A program made the position numbers and the translations under genes. The notes below the pieces were generated by a model. It was not told the origin of the DNA and did no database searches. It was given only the letters and a program-made list of their open reading frames with translations. 64,000 nt of DNA from Candidatus Latescibacterota bacterium (GTDB lineage Bacteria; Latescibacterota; UBA2968; GCA-2709665), in the NCBI GenBank assembly GCA_965222075.1, contig OZ244937.1, forward strand, positions 4,864,001-4,928,000, given 5' to 3'. Position 1 is the stretch's first letter, and the number at the start of each line of letters is the position of its first letter. Below are positions 47,733 through 56,642 of this stretch, in pieces.

Positions 47733-48671
47733 ATGGAGACAGAGCCGCGCAAAGATCAGATGGCGCAAATAGATTTACACACAACGGAAGCCGAATCGGT
47801 CCGGGAGAAGGACTATTCCCTCGCGGCCTTGACGTGGCGGCGGTTTCTGCGTCACAGGATGGCGGTGGTTTCGTGCGGTTTGCTCGGGCTGGTGGTCCTG
47901 ATGGCCGTTCTGGCCGATTTCATCGCGCCCCGGGGGCCATACGCGGTGGACTACGAACAGGTTCTGGCTCCTCCCGGCGCCGAACACACTCTGGGGACGG
48001 ACCGGGTGGGGCGAGACGTGTGGGCCAGGCTGTGCGTGGGCTCCAGGGTGTCTCTGGCGGTGGGGCTGGTGGCGGTGGTGATCGCACAGTTTCTGGGCAT
48101 TGTTTTCGGTTCTCTTGCGGGCTACTACGGGCGTATGGCCGACAGTGTGATTATGCGGTTGACCGATGTGATGCTCTGCTTTCCCTGGCTGATCCTGATG
48201 CTGGTGGTTGCGGCTGCCTTTGGGCCGGGGCTTTCGCGCACGATGCTCGTGATCGGGTTGATCAGCTGGCCCAGGCTGGCCCGGATTGTGCGCGCGGAGT
48301 TTCTTTCTTTGAGGGAGCGGGATTTTGTTCTGGCTGCATCCTGCCTCGGGGCGTCCGGCGGCAGGTTGATTCTGTATCACTTTTTTCCCAATGTGGTGCC
48401 TTATATGATTGTAGAGGCGACCTTTGGCATGGCCGACGCGATTTTGAGTGAGGCCGCGTTGAGCTTTCTGGGCATGGGGGTGGCGGTTCCCACGCCCAGT
48501 TGGGGCAATATGCTCCGGGATGCCCAGTCTCTCCATGTGCTGACCAACGCCCCCTGGTTCTGGCTGCCGCCGGGCATTGCGATTTCGCTGACGGTTCTGG
48601 CCATCCAGTTTATCGGCGACGGGCTCCGGGATGCGCTGGATCCCCGGGCGCTGGTCGAGTCGAGGAGGTAA
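47733..48671 (+). CDS. ABC permease, OppC/DppC-like
   Basis: WRRF.RH, LGTDRVGRDV, EAALSFLG.G..PSWG, GDGLRDALDP. Confidence 0.92.
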   Translation: METEPRKDQMAQIDLHTTEAESVREKDYSLAALTWRRFLRHRMAVVSCGLLGLVVLMAVLADFIAPRGPYAVDYEQVLAPPGAEHTLGTDRVGRDVWARLCVGSRVSLAVGLVAVVIAQFLGIVFGSLAGYYGRMADSVIMRLTDVMLCFPWLILMLVVAAAFGPGLSRTMLVIGLISWPRLARIVRAEFLSLRERDFVLAASCLGASGGRLILYHFFPNVVPYMIVEATFGMADAILSEAALSFLGMGVAVPTPSWGNMLRDAQSLHVLTNAPWFWLPPGIAISLTVLAIQFIGDGLRDALDPRALVESRR

Positions 48672-50647
48672 TGACACAAAGCCGCCCATCCCCATCCGCT
48701 CCACACGATGCTGCGCCGCCGAGCAGGCGTATTCTGACGGGCAGGGCGACGGCGGTGGGCCTGATGGCTGTGGTGACGGTTACGCTGGCCGGTCCTTATT
48801 CGGAATGGGTCGTCCGTTCTTCTTATATGACGACCAATTATTTTCCGCTGGGGCTGGCTTTTGTTTTTATTTTTTTGGTGGCCGCGCTCAATCCTTTGCT
48901 GAAGCTGTTCGGGCGCTGTTACGGGCTTGGGGGAGACGAGCTGGGCGTGGTCTATATGATGCTGATTGCAGCGGTGTCCGTGCCGACGTACGGGATTACG
49001 GGGTACGTGATTTCGATTGCGGCGTCGCCCTTTTATTACGCTACCACGGAGAACGGGTGGGCGGAGTATCTGCATCATGATATTCCCCACTGGGTCGTTC
49101 CGGGAGGCGGGCCCGAGGTGGCCTGGTTTTTTGAGGGGCTGCCTGCTGGAGCGTCGATTCCCTGGCGGATCTGGCTTGCGCCCCTGTTCTGGTGGGGGAC
49201 GCTAATTGCGGCCACGCTGGCGCTGTGTGTCTGCCTGGTGGCGATTTTCCGGAAGCAGTGGGTGGAGCAGGAGCGGCTGAGTTTTCCGGTGGTGCACGTG
49301 CCTCTGGCGATGATGGAGGGGGCCGAGGACGAGCGGCTTTTGCCCCGGTTTATGCGCAGTCGGCTGTTCTGGGTCGGGTTTGGGATTGCGGCTTTCAAGA
49401 TCATCTGGAATATTCCAGGCTATTTCAACAGCGGATGGCCCGGCCTGCCGCCGGTTATTTTGCGGATCCCTCAGGGACAGATTTTCCCGGGGATTTCGAC
49501 GATTCTCTCACTGCCCTTAGTAGGGGTTACCTATTTTGCGAATGTGGATGTGATTTTCAGCATCTGGGTGTTTTACCTGGTCAACCTGGCGGAGGTGACG
49601 CTGTTCAACCGGACCGGCTTCAGCATCGGCCCTCCGGAGATGCATTCCATCCGGCCTTCGGCGCTGTCCTGGCAGGCGTTTGGAGCGTTTGCGGCGATTG
49701 TGCTGGGCGGAATCTGGGTGGCCCGGGAGCACCTGCGGGAGGTGCTGCACAAGGCGTTTTTGAACGATGCTTCCGTGGACGATGGGGAAGAGATTCTGTC
49801 CTATCGGACAGCGGTTTTCGGGTGCCTGGCGTCGGTTGTTTACATTTTGTTGTGGTTGCACGCGATCGGGATTGCGCTTTCCATAGCGATGCTACTGGTG
49901 TATGCGGTCGTTACCGTTTACCTGGGGCTGACCCGGATGGTAATCGAGGGGGGGCTGATGTTCGTGCTGGGACCGCTGGTGCCCCAGGCATTTCCCATGC
50001 ATATGGTGGGTCCGGCGGCGCTGAGCGGGTCTACGATGACGGGGCTGGCGCTTTCTTACGGGTGGGTGTGCGATCCGATTATCGCTTTTTTGCCCTGCGG
50101 GGCCAATGCCGCGAAGGTGCACAGCGACCGACGGTTTCCCAGGGGGACCTACCTGCGGGCGGTTGCGCTGGCGCTGGGGGTGAGTCTGGCGCTTTCTTTC
50201 TGGTTTTCGCTGAAGCTGGGGTACGGGTTCGGGAGCTACAACTTCGGGGATTTTGTATTCCGGCGGGGAGGGCAGGTGCCCTTCGATACGGTGATCAGCA
50301 AGATGAAGGCGGCGGAGGGGTTCACGTTCAACCGGTTTGCGTTTCTGGGGTTGGGCGCGCTGGCCACGTTCGGGCTGACGTATCTGCGGCACCGGTTTGC
50401 GTGGTGGCGGCTGCACCCGATCGGGTTTGCGGTGGCGCTGACGTCGCCGGTGCGGTGGACGGTGCTGTCGTTTTTTGTGGTGTGGGCCGTGAAGGTGCTG
50501 ATCGACCGGCTGGGGGGATTGATTCTGTACAATCGGGCCAGGCCGTTTTTCATCGGGTTGGTTGTGGGGCATTTTGCGGCCGCAGGGATTTCTTTTGTGG
50601 TGGATGTGATCTGGTTCCAGGGCCAGGGACACATTCTTTATTTTTAG
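48671..50647 (+). CDS. DUF6785/DUF6784-like membrane protein, paralog 4, overlapping the OppC-like stop (TAATG)
   Basis: YYATTENGW, FRKQWVEQERLSFP, SYRTAV, WWRLHPIGF, RPFFIGLVVG. Confidence 0.75.
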   Translation: MTQSRPSPSAPHDAAPPSRRILTGRATAVGLMAVVTVTLAGPYSEWVVRSSYMTTNYFPLGLAFVFIFLVAALNPLLKLFGRCYGLGGDELGVVYMMLIAAVSVPTYGITGYVISIAASPFYYATTENGWAEYLHHDIPHWVVPGGGPEVAWFFEGLPAGASIPWRIWLAPLFWWGTLIAATLALCVCLVAIFRKQWVEQERLSFPVVHVPLAMMEGAEDERLLPRFMRSRLFWVGFGIAAFKIIWNIPGYFNSGWPGLPPVILRIPQGQIFPGISTILSLPLVGVTYFANVDVIFSIWVFYLVNLAEVTLFNRTGFSIGPPEMHSIRPSALSWQAFGAFAAIVLGGIWVAREHLREVLHKAFLNDASVDDGEEILSYRTAVFGCLASVVYILLWLHAIGIALSIAMLLVYAVVTVYLGLTRMVIEGGLMFVLGPLVPQAFPMHMVGPAALSGSTMTGLALSYGWVCDPIIAFLPCGANAAKVHSDRRFPRGTYLRAVALALGVSLALSFWFSLKLGYGFGSYNFGDFVFRRGGQVPFDTVISKMKAAEGFTFNRFAFLGLGALATFGLTYLRHRFAWWRLHPIGFAVALTSPVRWTVLSFFVVWAVKVLIDRLGGLILYNRARPFFIGLVVGHFAAAGISFVVDVIWFQGQGHILYF

Positions 50648-50735
50648 GCTCAGAATACAGGTTTTGATTGCCCAGGTCTGCTGGATGGCCTATCTTGGAA
50701 ATGATCGGACAGGTTGTCTTTTTTAGAGGACTGCC

Positions 50736-52520
50736 ATGCAAAGGACTGACAAACAGGAAGCCAGGCTCCGGGAGATAGACCGCCGGTACCGGGCAATCGT
50801 ACGGATCGTTTCGGCGCTGAATACGGACCGTCCGATTGAGGATGTGGTGCAGGAGATAGGGAAAGTACTGCAAGCGCTGATTCCCTGCGACCGCTTCAGC
50901 CTGGGGTTGGTCTCCTGGAACCGCTGGTATTTTCTGGAGGACGGCCGTCTCACTTCACAGAACTTCTCCTTTCCCCTTGTTTCGGACAACTCCGCCAGCG
51001 AATGGGTGATCCACAACCGCCGGCCCCTGCTTCGTCGGGATATCTCGAAGGAACACCGGTTCAAGCACGATGTGATCAGGATGGAGCAGGGGGACCGTTC
51101 GGATCTGATCGTGCCGCTGGTTGTGGACGGCGAGGTGATGGGCACCTTCAATTTCACCAGCCGGGTGTCGAAACGCTACGACGAGGGGTGTTTAGAGGGC
51201 GCTCAGTCGGTGGCCGATGCGGTCGCCGTGGCCGTCAAGCAGTTTCAGATCCGGCTGGAGACGGAGGCCATCCGGGAGATTTCCGATGCGGTGTTGAGGC
51301 CGCTGGAACTGGACGAAATCCTGAAGATGGTCCTGACGCATATCCAGTCTCAGGGTTACGACCGGGTGAGGCTATACCTGTACGACCAGGCGCGGCATGC
51401 GATGGTAGGGGCTCTGCTGGTGGGGATGGAATACGAGCCTGCGTCTATTGTGTACCCTTTGAAAAACGATCCGTATTCGAAACAGACACTGGCTTCCGAT
51501 CGCCCCCGGATCTATCGGGCCGGGACGCCGGAATATGAGGAGGTGGTCCGTAGAAGGAGGGAGGTAGGTGAATTCCTCTATTCGAATCCTGATATTCTGG
51601 TGTGGTGCGAAATGCCCTTGAAGGTTGTCGAAGAGGGTCAGGAGGTTATTGTCGGAAAGATCGCTCTGGACAATAGCCTCAGCAGGCGCCCCCTGGCGCA
51701 GGAACGTCTGGATCGGTTGATGGTGTATGCCTCCCAGGCGGCCATTGCCATCCGGCACGCGCAATTGTACCGGCAGATGGCCGAGCAGGTGGAGAGCCGT
51801 ACGGCCGAGTACAAGCAGGCGGAGGAACGGCTTTTGGAGTATCAGGCGCAGCTCCGGTCTTTGGCGTCCGAATTGACATTGATCGAAGAGCGGGAACGGC
51901 GTCGCCTTGCAACGGATTTGCACGACCGGATCGGACAGACCCTGGCCGTGTCCAAGATCAAATTGGGCGCGCTGGGGACGTCGGCTGCCTCCACCGATTT
52001 TGCCGGACCTCTGGACGAGGTCCGCGAGCTTATCGACCAGACGATTCAGGATACGCGGTCGTTGACTTTTGAGCTGAGCCTGCCGGTGCTTTACGAACTG
52101 GGGTTTAAGGCCGCAATGGAGTGGCTTGCCGAGCAGGTCCAGGAACAGCACGGCGTTCGGGTTGAACTGGAGAGCGAGGGGCAGGTCCGGCTGTCGGACG
52201 AGGGCCTCCGGGTGCTTCTCTTCCGGGCGGTGCAGGAGCTGCTGGTCAATGTTGTAAAGCACGCTCAGGCGCATACCGCAAAGGTTTCCGTTCGGGAAGA
52301 TGGGGACAGCATACGAATCGAGGTTGAAGATGACGGCATTGGATTTGAGCCCTCCAAAGCAGGCAGAAACGGTGGATTCGGCTTTTTCAGCGTCCGGGAG
52401 CGATTGCGTTTTCTGGGAGGCGATTTTGACGTTGAATCCGAGCCCGGCCGCGGGACCCGGGCCGTGCTGGTGGCGCCGCTGAAGGGCAGTGGGGCGTCCC
52501 CGGAGGGTGGCGTGAGGTGA
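50736..52520 (+). CDS. Cytoplasmic sensor histidine kinase (2 GAF + HisKA_3 + HATPase)
   Basis: EERERRRLATDLHDRIGQ, QELL.NVVKHA, DDGIGF, GFGF; no transmembrane segments. Confidence 0.9.
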   Translation: MQRTDKQEARLREIDRRYRAIVRIVSALNTDRPIEDVVQEIGKVLQALIPCDRFSLGLVSWNRWYFLEDGRLTSQNFSFPLVSDNSASEWVIHNRRPLLRRDISKEHRFKHDVIRMEQGDRSDLIVPLVVDGEVMGTFNFTSRVSKRYDEGCLEGAQSVADAVAVAVKQFQIRLETEAIREISDAVLRPLELDEILKMVLTHIQSQGYDRVRLYLYDQARHAMVGALLVGMEYEPASIVYPLKNDPYSKQTLASDRPRIYRAGTPEYEEVVRRRREVGEFLYSNPDILVWCEMPLKVVEEGQEVIVGKIALDNSLSRRPLAQERLDRLMVYASQAAIAIRHAQLYRQMAEQVESRTAEYKQAEERLLEYQAQLRSLASELTLIEERERRRLATDLHDRIGQTLAVSKIKLGALGTSAASTDFAGPLDEVRELIDQTIQDTRSLTFELSLPVLYELGFKAAMEWLAEQVQEQHGVRVELESEGQVRLSDEGLRVLLFRAVQELLVNVVKHAQAHTAKVSVREDGDSIRIEVEDDGIGFEPSKAGRNGGFGFFSVRERLRFLGGDFDVESEPGRGTRAVLVAPLKGSGASPEGGVR

Positions 52521-52566
52521 GTGCCGGGACGCGCCCGGATGACCACAGGATCGCACAGATTCCGTT

Positions 52567-52632
52567 TCAGGTATTTCGAAGCCCGGAATCGGGGATTTCC
52601 CCGGTTGCGCTTTTATTTATGGGGCGTACATT
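52567..52632 (+). promoter_or_regulatory. Operator + sigma70-like promoter, copy 1 (upstream of the response regulator)
   Basis: TCAGGTATTTCGAAG-N5-AATCGGGGA-TT-TCCCCGGTT overlapping TTGCGC, then N16 and TACATT. Confidence 0.7.
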
Positions 52633-52685
52633 GGCAATCTCTTGGATATTTTTGGCGTGCGACGGCAGACTACAGGAGGTGCGAG

Positions 52686-53339
52686 GTGAGGATCAGGATT
52701 CTCCTGGCCGATGATCACAAGATCGTGCGGGACGGCCTTCGCGCCCTGATCGAGCAGCAGGCCGACATGGCGGTGGTGGCCGAGGCGGAGGACGGGCGAA
52801 CGGCGGTGGGGCTGGTGCAGGATCTGTCGCCGGATGTGGTTGTGATGGATATCGGCATGCCGGATTTGAACGGGATCGAGGCCACCCGCCAGATTATCGC
52901 CAAGACCTCCGGCGTGAAGGTGATCGCCCTGTCGATGCATTCCGACAGGCGGTTTGTGGCGGGTATGCTCGGCGCAGGGGCGTCGGGTTATCTGCTGAAA
53001 GACGGCGCGTTCGAGGAACTGGCCGATGCGGTTCGCCTGGTGTTTGCAGATCAGACTTACCTGAGCCCCGGGATAACCGGCGTTGTGATCGAAGATTACG
53101 TACATCACGTGTCGGCGGCCCAAGACACGGTTTTGGCCGCGCTGACAGCCAGGGAACGCGAGGTGCTTCAGCTCCTGGCGGAAGGCAGATCGACCAAGCA
53201 GATTGCTTCGGATCTGGAGGTGAGTGTGAAGACGGTTGAGACGCATCGCCAGAAGGTTATGCAAAAACTAAATTTACACAGTATTGCCGATCTAACCAAA
53301 TACGCCATTCGCGAAGGGCTGACCACCCTCGAACGCTGA
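52686..53339 (+). CDS. NarL/LuxR family response regulator
   Basis: LADDH, VMDIGMP, GYLLK, LT.REREVL.LLAEG.S.KQIA..L.VS.KTVETHR; GTG 52686 after AGGAGG. Confidence 0.93.
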   Translation: MRIRILLADDHKIVRDGLRALIEQQADMAVVAEAEDGRTAVGLVQDLSPDVVVMDIGMPDLNGIEATRQIIAKTSGVKVIALSMHSDRRFVAGMLGAGASGYLLKDGAFEELADAVRLVFADQTYLSPGITGVVIEDYVHHVSAAQDTVLAALTAREREVLQLLAEGRSTKQIASDLEVSVKTVETHRQKVMQKLNLHSIADLTKYAIREGLTTLER

Positions 53340-53373
53340 CGCGCACCGGCGAAATCGTCTCATTGACGCCGGC

Positions 53374-53438
53374 TCAGGTATTTCGAAGTCAAAAATCAGG
53401 AATTTCCTGATTGCGCTTTTTTTTTTGTGATATAGATT
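53374..53438 (+). promoter_or_regulatory. Operator + sigma70-like promoter, copy 2 (upstream of the DUF2341/TonB locus)
   Basis: TCAGGTATTTCGAAG-N5-AATCAGGAA-T-TTCCTGATT (perfect palindrome) overlapping TTGCGC, then N16 and TAGATT. Confidence 0.7.
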
Positions 53439-53503
53439 GAATGTGTTATCTTACGTTATGTTATCTTATGAAATATAATGATTTACTGAAAAAATTCGTA
53501 AAG

Positions 53504-53586
53504 CCGCTGGTTACCAAACTTCCTGGTAGAGGTAGGGCTAACGGCTCGCAGGGCGATGCGAGAAGGCTCTACAGTCCCCTCACATG
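53504..53586 (+). ncRNA. Candidate structured cis-regulatory leader, copy 2
   Basis: 68/83 identity to 37866-37947; TATAAT at 53474 upstream. Confidence 0.6.
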
Positions 53587-53627
53587 CACAGATTTAATCA
53601 GCAGCCGATGTGAAGAAAGGAGCGGGC

Positions 53628-55757
53628 TTGGGCGGATTGTTTGAGAAGCGGCTGGTGGTCGATCACACGCGGGTTTCGGGGGATGGTCTGGCCGGTCTGC
53701 CTTTGCTCATTTCACTCGAAGATGAGGATTTGAAGGATAAGACGTACGGCGGCCAGGTGGCACAGGCGGGCGGTCAGGATATCCGGTTTATCGGCGCCGA
53801 TGGAGAGAGGAAATTCGGCCACGAGATTGAAGCCTACGACCCGGCAGAGGGTGCGCTGAGAGCCTGGGTGCGCGTTGAAACGCTTTCCGGGTCGGCCGAT
53901 ACGGAGCTGTATCTGCGCTGCGGAGATCCAGGGTGTGAACCCCAGCAGAACCGGAAGGGGGTGTGGGATGCGGATTACCGGCTGGTGGTCCACGATGCCG
54001 CATCGCCTGAGGACGCGACCGCCAATCCCACCGGTGCAGCCGCCGAAGAGGCGTCGGACGGGCAGCGCTGGGCGAGGGTCGCGCATGCCCAGAAGCTGAA
54101 CGTGCGCGATGCGATTACCGTAGAGGCGTGGGTGGAGAGCGATGAGGCGCGGGCCGAGGCGATGCAGTCGGTGGTGTCCAAGTGGACGCCCAGGACGCGC
54201 TTCGACCTGTTCGACGCCTACGACGCCGGCAATACCGACGGATTGGAGACCAAGGGGTTTTTCGGCGCGGTGTTCGACGGGCGTTATCTCTACTTTTCCC
54301 CCCAGCACAACAGGCAAGGCCGTCACGGTCAGGCGCTACGATACGATACGCAGGGGGCGTTCAAAGATCCGGAAAGCTGGGCGGGGTACGATGCGGGCCA
54401 CACCGACGGGCTGAATACGAAGGGGTACTACGGGGCGGTTCACGCGGGGGATTACATTTACTATATCCCGCGCACCGACGGAGAGGTGATGCACAGCCGG
54501 TTTCTGCGGTACGACCGGGGGGGGGATTTCAGGAGCCCGGAGAGCTGGAGCGCATACGATATCGGGCATCCGATTTCCTATCAAAGCGCGGCGTTCGACG
54601 GGCGCTACATCTATCTGGTTCCAGGCTCCGAGCAGGCAGGTGGTGGCAGCGGGAAGGTGGTGCGCTACGATACGCAGGGGGCGTTCAAAGATCCGGCCAG
54701 TTACACGACATACGACGCTGCAAACACATCGGGGCTGGATACGAGGTCGTACGACGGGGCGGTGTTTGACGGCCGATACGTCTATTTCTCTCCACTGGAC
54801 GCCGATGGTGTGGTGTTGCGCTACGATACGGAAGGGGATTTTGAGGATGCGGACAGCTGGGTCGCTTACGGCGCAAAGAAAGCGAGCCTGAAGCGCTGCG
54901 TGGGGGCGGTGTTCGACGGCCGATATGTCTACATTGTGCCCTACGGCCAGTCCGACCAGGCGGTGCGCTACGATACGGCGGGCGCGTTTACTGACGAGAA
55001 CAGCTGGGAGGTTTTTTACCTTCTCGACGTGCCCGGCCTGAATACGCTGGGGTTTGACGGTGCGTTTTTCGACGGGCGCTACATTTACTACAACCCGTAC
55101 TGGGACGAGACGAGCGATGCGGATGAGACCTTCCACGGCGTGGTGGTGCGCTACGATACGCAGGGCGCGTTCACCGATCCGGAAAGCTGGGACTGCGCCG
55201 ACGCCGGTTTGACGGACGGCCTCAAGACCGTGGGGTTCAACGGGGGCGCAACCGACGGCCGGTTCCTCTATTTTGGCGCGTGGATGGACAGCAGAGACGA
55301 GACGGGCAAGATTCTCGGCCACGGCCGGGTGCTGCGCTACGATGCGGTGGGCGACCAGGGCATGTTCAGCCTTCGGTACTGCGATTTGGGACACAACGGC
55401 GGCCTGTGCGCCGCCCTGCCGGGCGCGCGGTTTCTTGTGAATACGGAGAAAGGGGCCATCAGCATCGCCGCCAACCGCAGGCCGGAGCCGGGGCGGCATC
55501 ACCTGGCGGGGGTGTACGACGGAAAGACGATCCGGCTGTACATCGACGGCGAGCTTGTGAACGAGCAGGCGGGCTCGGGTGCGATTGTGAACAACCGGGA
55601 GGATGTGGCGGTCGGCCGGATCCTGAATGGCCTGGGCGGATTTGTGGGCCGGGTTAACGAGGTGCGGATCTCCGGGTGCGCAAGAAGCGGGGATTGGATT
55701 CGCACCCAGTATGCCAACCAGAGCGATCCGGCCCGGTTTTGCCGCATCGCACCGTGA
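53628..55757 (+). CDS. DUF2341 + LamG-like domain with inserted 7-repeat (FDGRY) beta-propeller, paralog 2
   Basis: Collinear with 38005-40083; TTG 53628 after AAAGGAG. Confidence 0.75.
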   Translation: MGGLFEKRLVVDHTRVSGDGLAGLPLLISLEDEDLKDKTYGGQVAQAGGQDIRFIGADGERKFGHEIEAYDPAEGALRAWVRVETLSGSADTELYLRCGDPGCEPQQNRKGVWDADYRLVVHDAASPEDATANPTGAAAEEASDGQRWARVAHAQKLNVRDAITVEAWVESDEARAEAMQSVVSKWTPRTRFDLFDAYDAGNTDGLETKGFFGAVFDGRYLYFSPQHNRQGRHGQALRYDTQGAFKDPESWAGYDAGHTDGLNTKGYYGAVHAGDYIYYIPRTDGEVMHSRFLRYDRGGDFRSPESWSAYDIGHPISYQSAAFDGRYIYLVPGSEQAGGGSGKVVRYDTQGAFKDPASYTTYDAANTSGLDTRSYDGAVFDGRYVYFSPLDADGVVLRYDTEGDFEDADSWVAYGAKKASLKRCVGAVFDGRYVYIVPYGQSDQAVRYDTAGAFTDENSWEVFYLLDVPGLNTLGFDGAFFDGRYIYYNPYWDETSDADETFHGVVVRYDTQGAFTDPESWDCADAGLTDGLKTVGFNGGATDGRFLYFGAWMDSRDETGKILGHGRVLRYDAVGDQGMFSLRYCDLGHNGGLCAALPGARFLVNTEKGAISIAANRRPEPGRHHLAGVYDGKTIRLYIDGELVNEQAGSGAIVNNREDVAVGRILNGLGGFVGRVNEVRISGCARSGDWIRTQYANQSDPARFCRIAP

Positions 55758-55912
55758 GGCTGTGTGAAGGGGACGTTTTGAGACACAGGAAAGGGGGGAT
55801 GCTGACTTATGGTTTAGGAGATAACGATTTTTCGCGTTCGGACAACACGCCTTCTGGTCCGGACAGATGTTTAACCTTTCTTAGGTTATTGATTGTAAGA
55901 AAGGAGGGAAGC

Positions 55913-56629
55913 GTGAAGACAAAATTATGGGTAGTGATCACAGCCGGTCTGATTCTTCTGACCTCTACGTTTACAGCGGAGGCGCAGCAGCCGGTACGAA
56001 GGTGGGGCGTCGGTACGTTTCTGGCCTACAACAGCGCGCTTTTCTCGCTGCGGGACCAGTACACCGGTGGGGCCAAGTACGGGTTGAACTGGCATTACAG
56101 CCTCAGCCCCAGGGTATATATCGAGGCGGAGTATCACCGTTCGGAGTTCGAACGCGGCAAGCTGGAGGACGCGATGTTTACGTGGACGGTGGACGGGAAG
56201 GACTACAGGAGCCCCAATGCGAGTGCGGAGATGAGGTTTTCCAGCGGGGTGGTGAACCTGCTGATTTTCCACCAGGCGCAGCCGTCGTTCAAGTCTGGCG
56301 ATTTTGTGTATTACTTCCAGGTTGGCGGCGGGTTCTACGATTACAAATCGGAGCGCCGGAACTTCGTCTACCCGGGGCAGAAGACGAAGCCGCTGGACGT
56401 GTCGGTGGTGCTTCCGCTTCAGATTGACGCGCGCGCAGCGCTGTCTGCGCACGCCGGGTTCGGCGTTCAGGCGTTTGCGTTTGATAAGATCGCGGTGGAC
56501 TTGCGGGCGCGCTATCATATTGTGATGGGCGATGTGAGGCCGATGATCGCCTTTGGGGTTGAGAAGAAGACGTTCCCGATCCAGTTGCTCGATCTGGTCG
56601 CGGGATTGAAGTTCTACTTCTGGAAATAG
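55913..56629 (+). CDS. Outer-membrane beta-barrel protein (OmpA-like 8-stranded)
   Basis: Signal peptide (AEA), amphipathic strands, C-terminal AGLKFYFWK; GTG after AAGGAGG. Confidence 0.75.
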   Translation: MKTKLWVVITAGLILLTSTFTAEAQQPVRRWGVGTFLAYNSALFSLRDQYTGGAKYGLNWHYSLSPRVYIEAEYHRSEFERGKLEDAMFTWTVDGKDYRSPNASAEMRFSSGVVNLLIFHQAQPSFKSGDFVYYFQVGGGFYDYKSERRNFVYPGQKTKPLDVSVVLPLQIDARAALSAHAGFGVQAFAFDKIAVDLRARYHIVMGDVRPMIAFGVEKKTFPIQLLDLVAGLKFYFWK

Positions 56630-56642
56630 AGGAGGATGAGAT

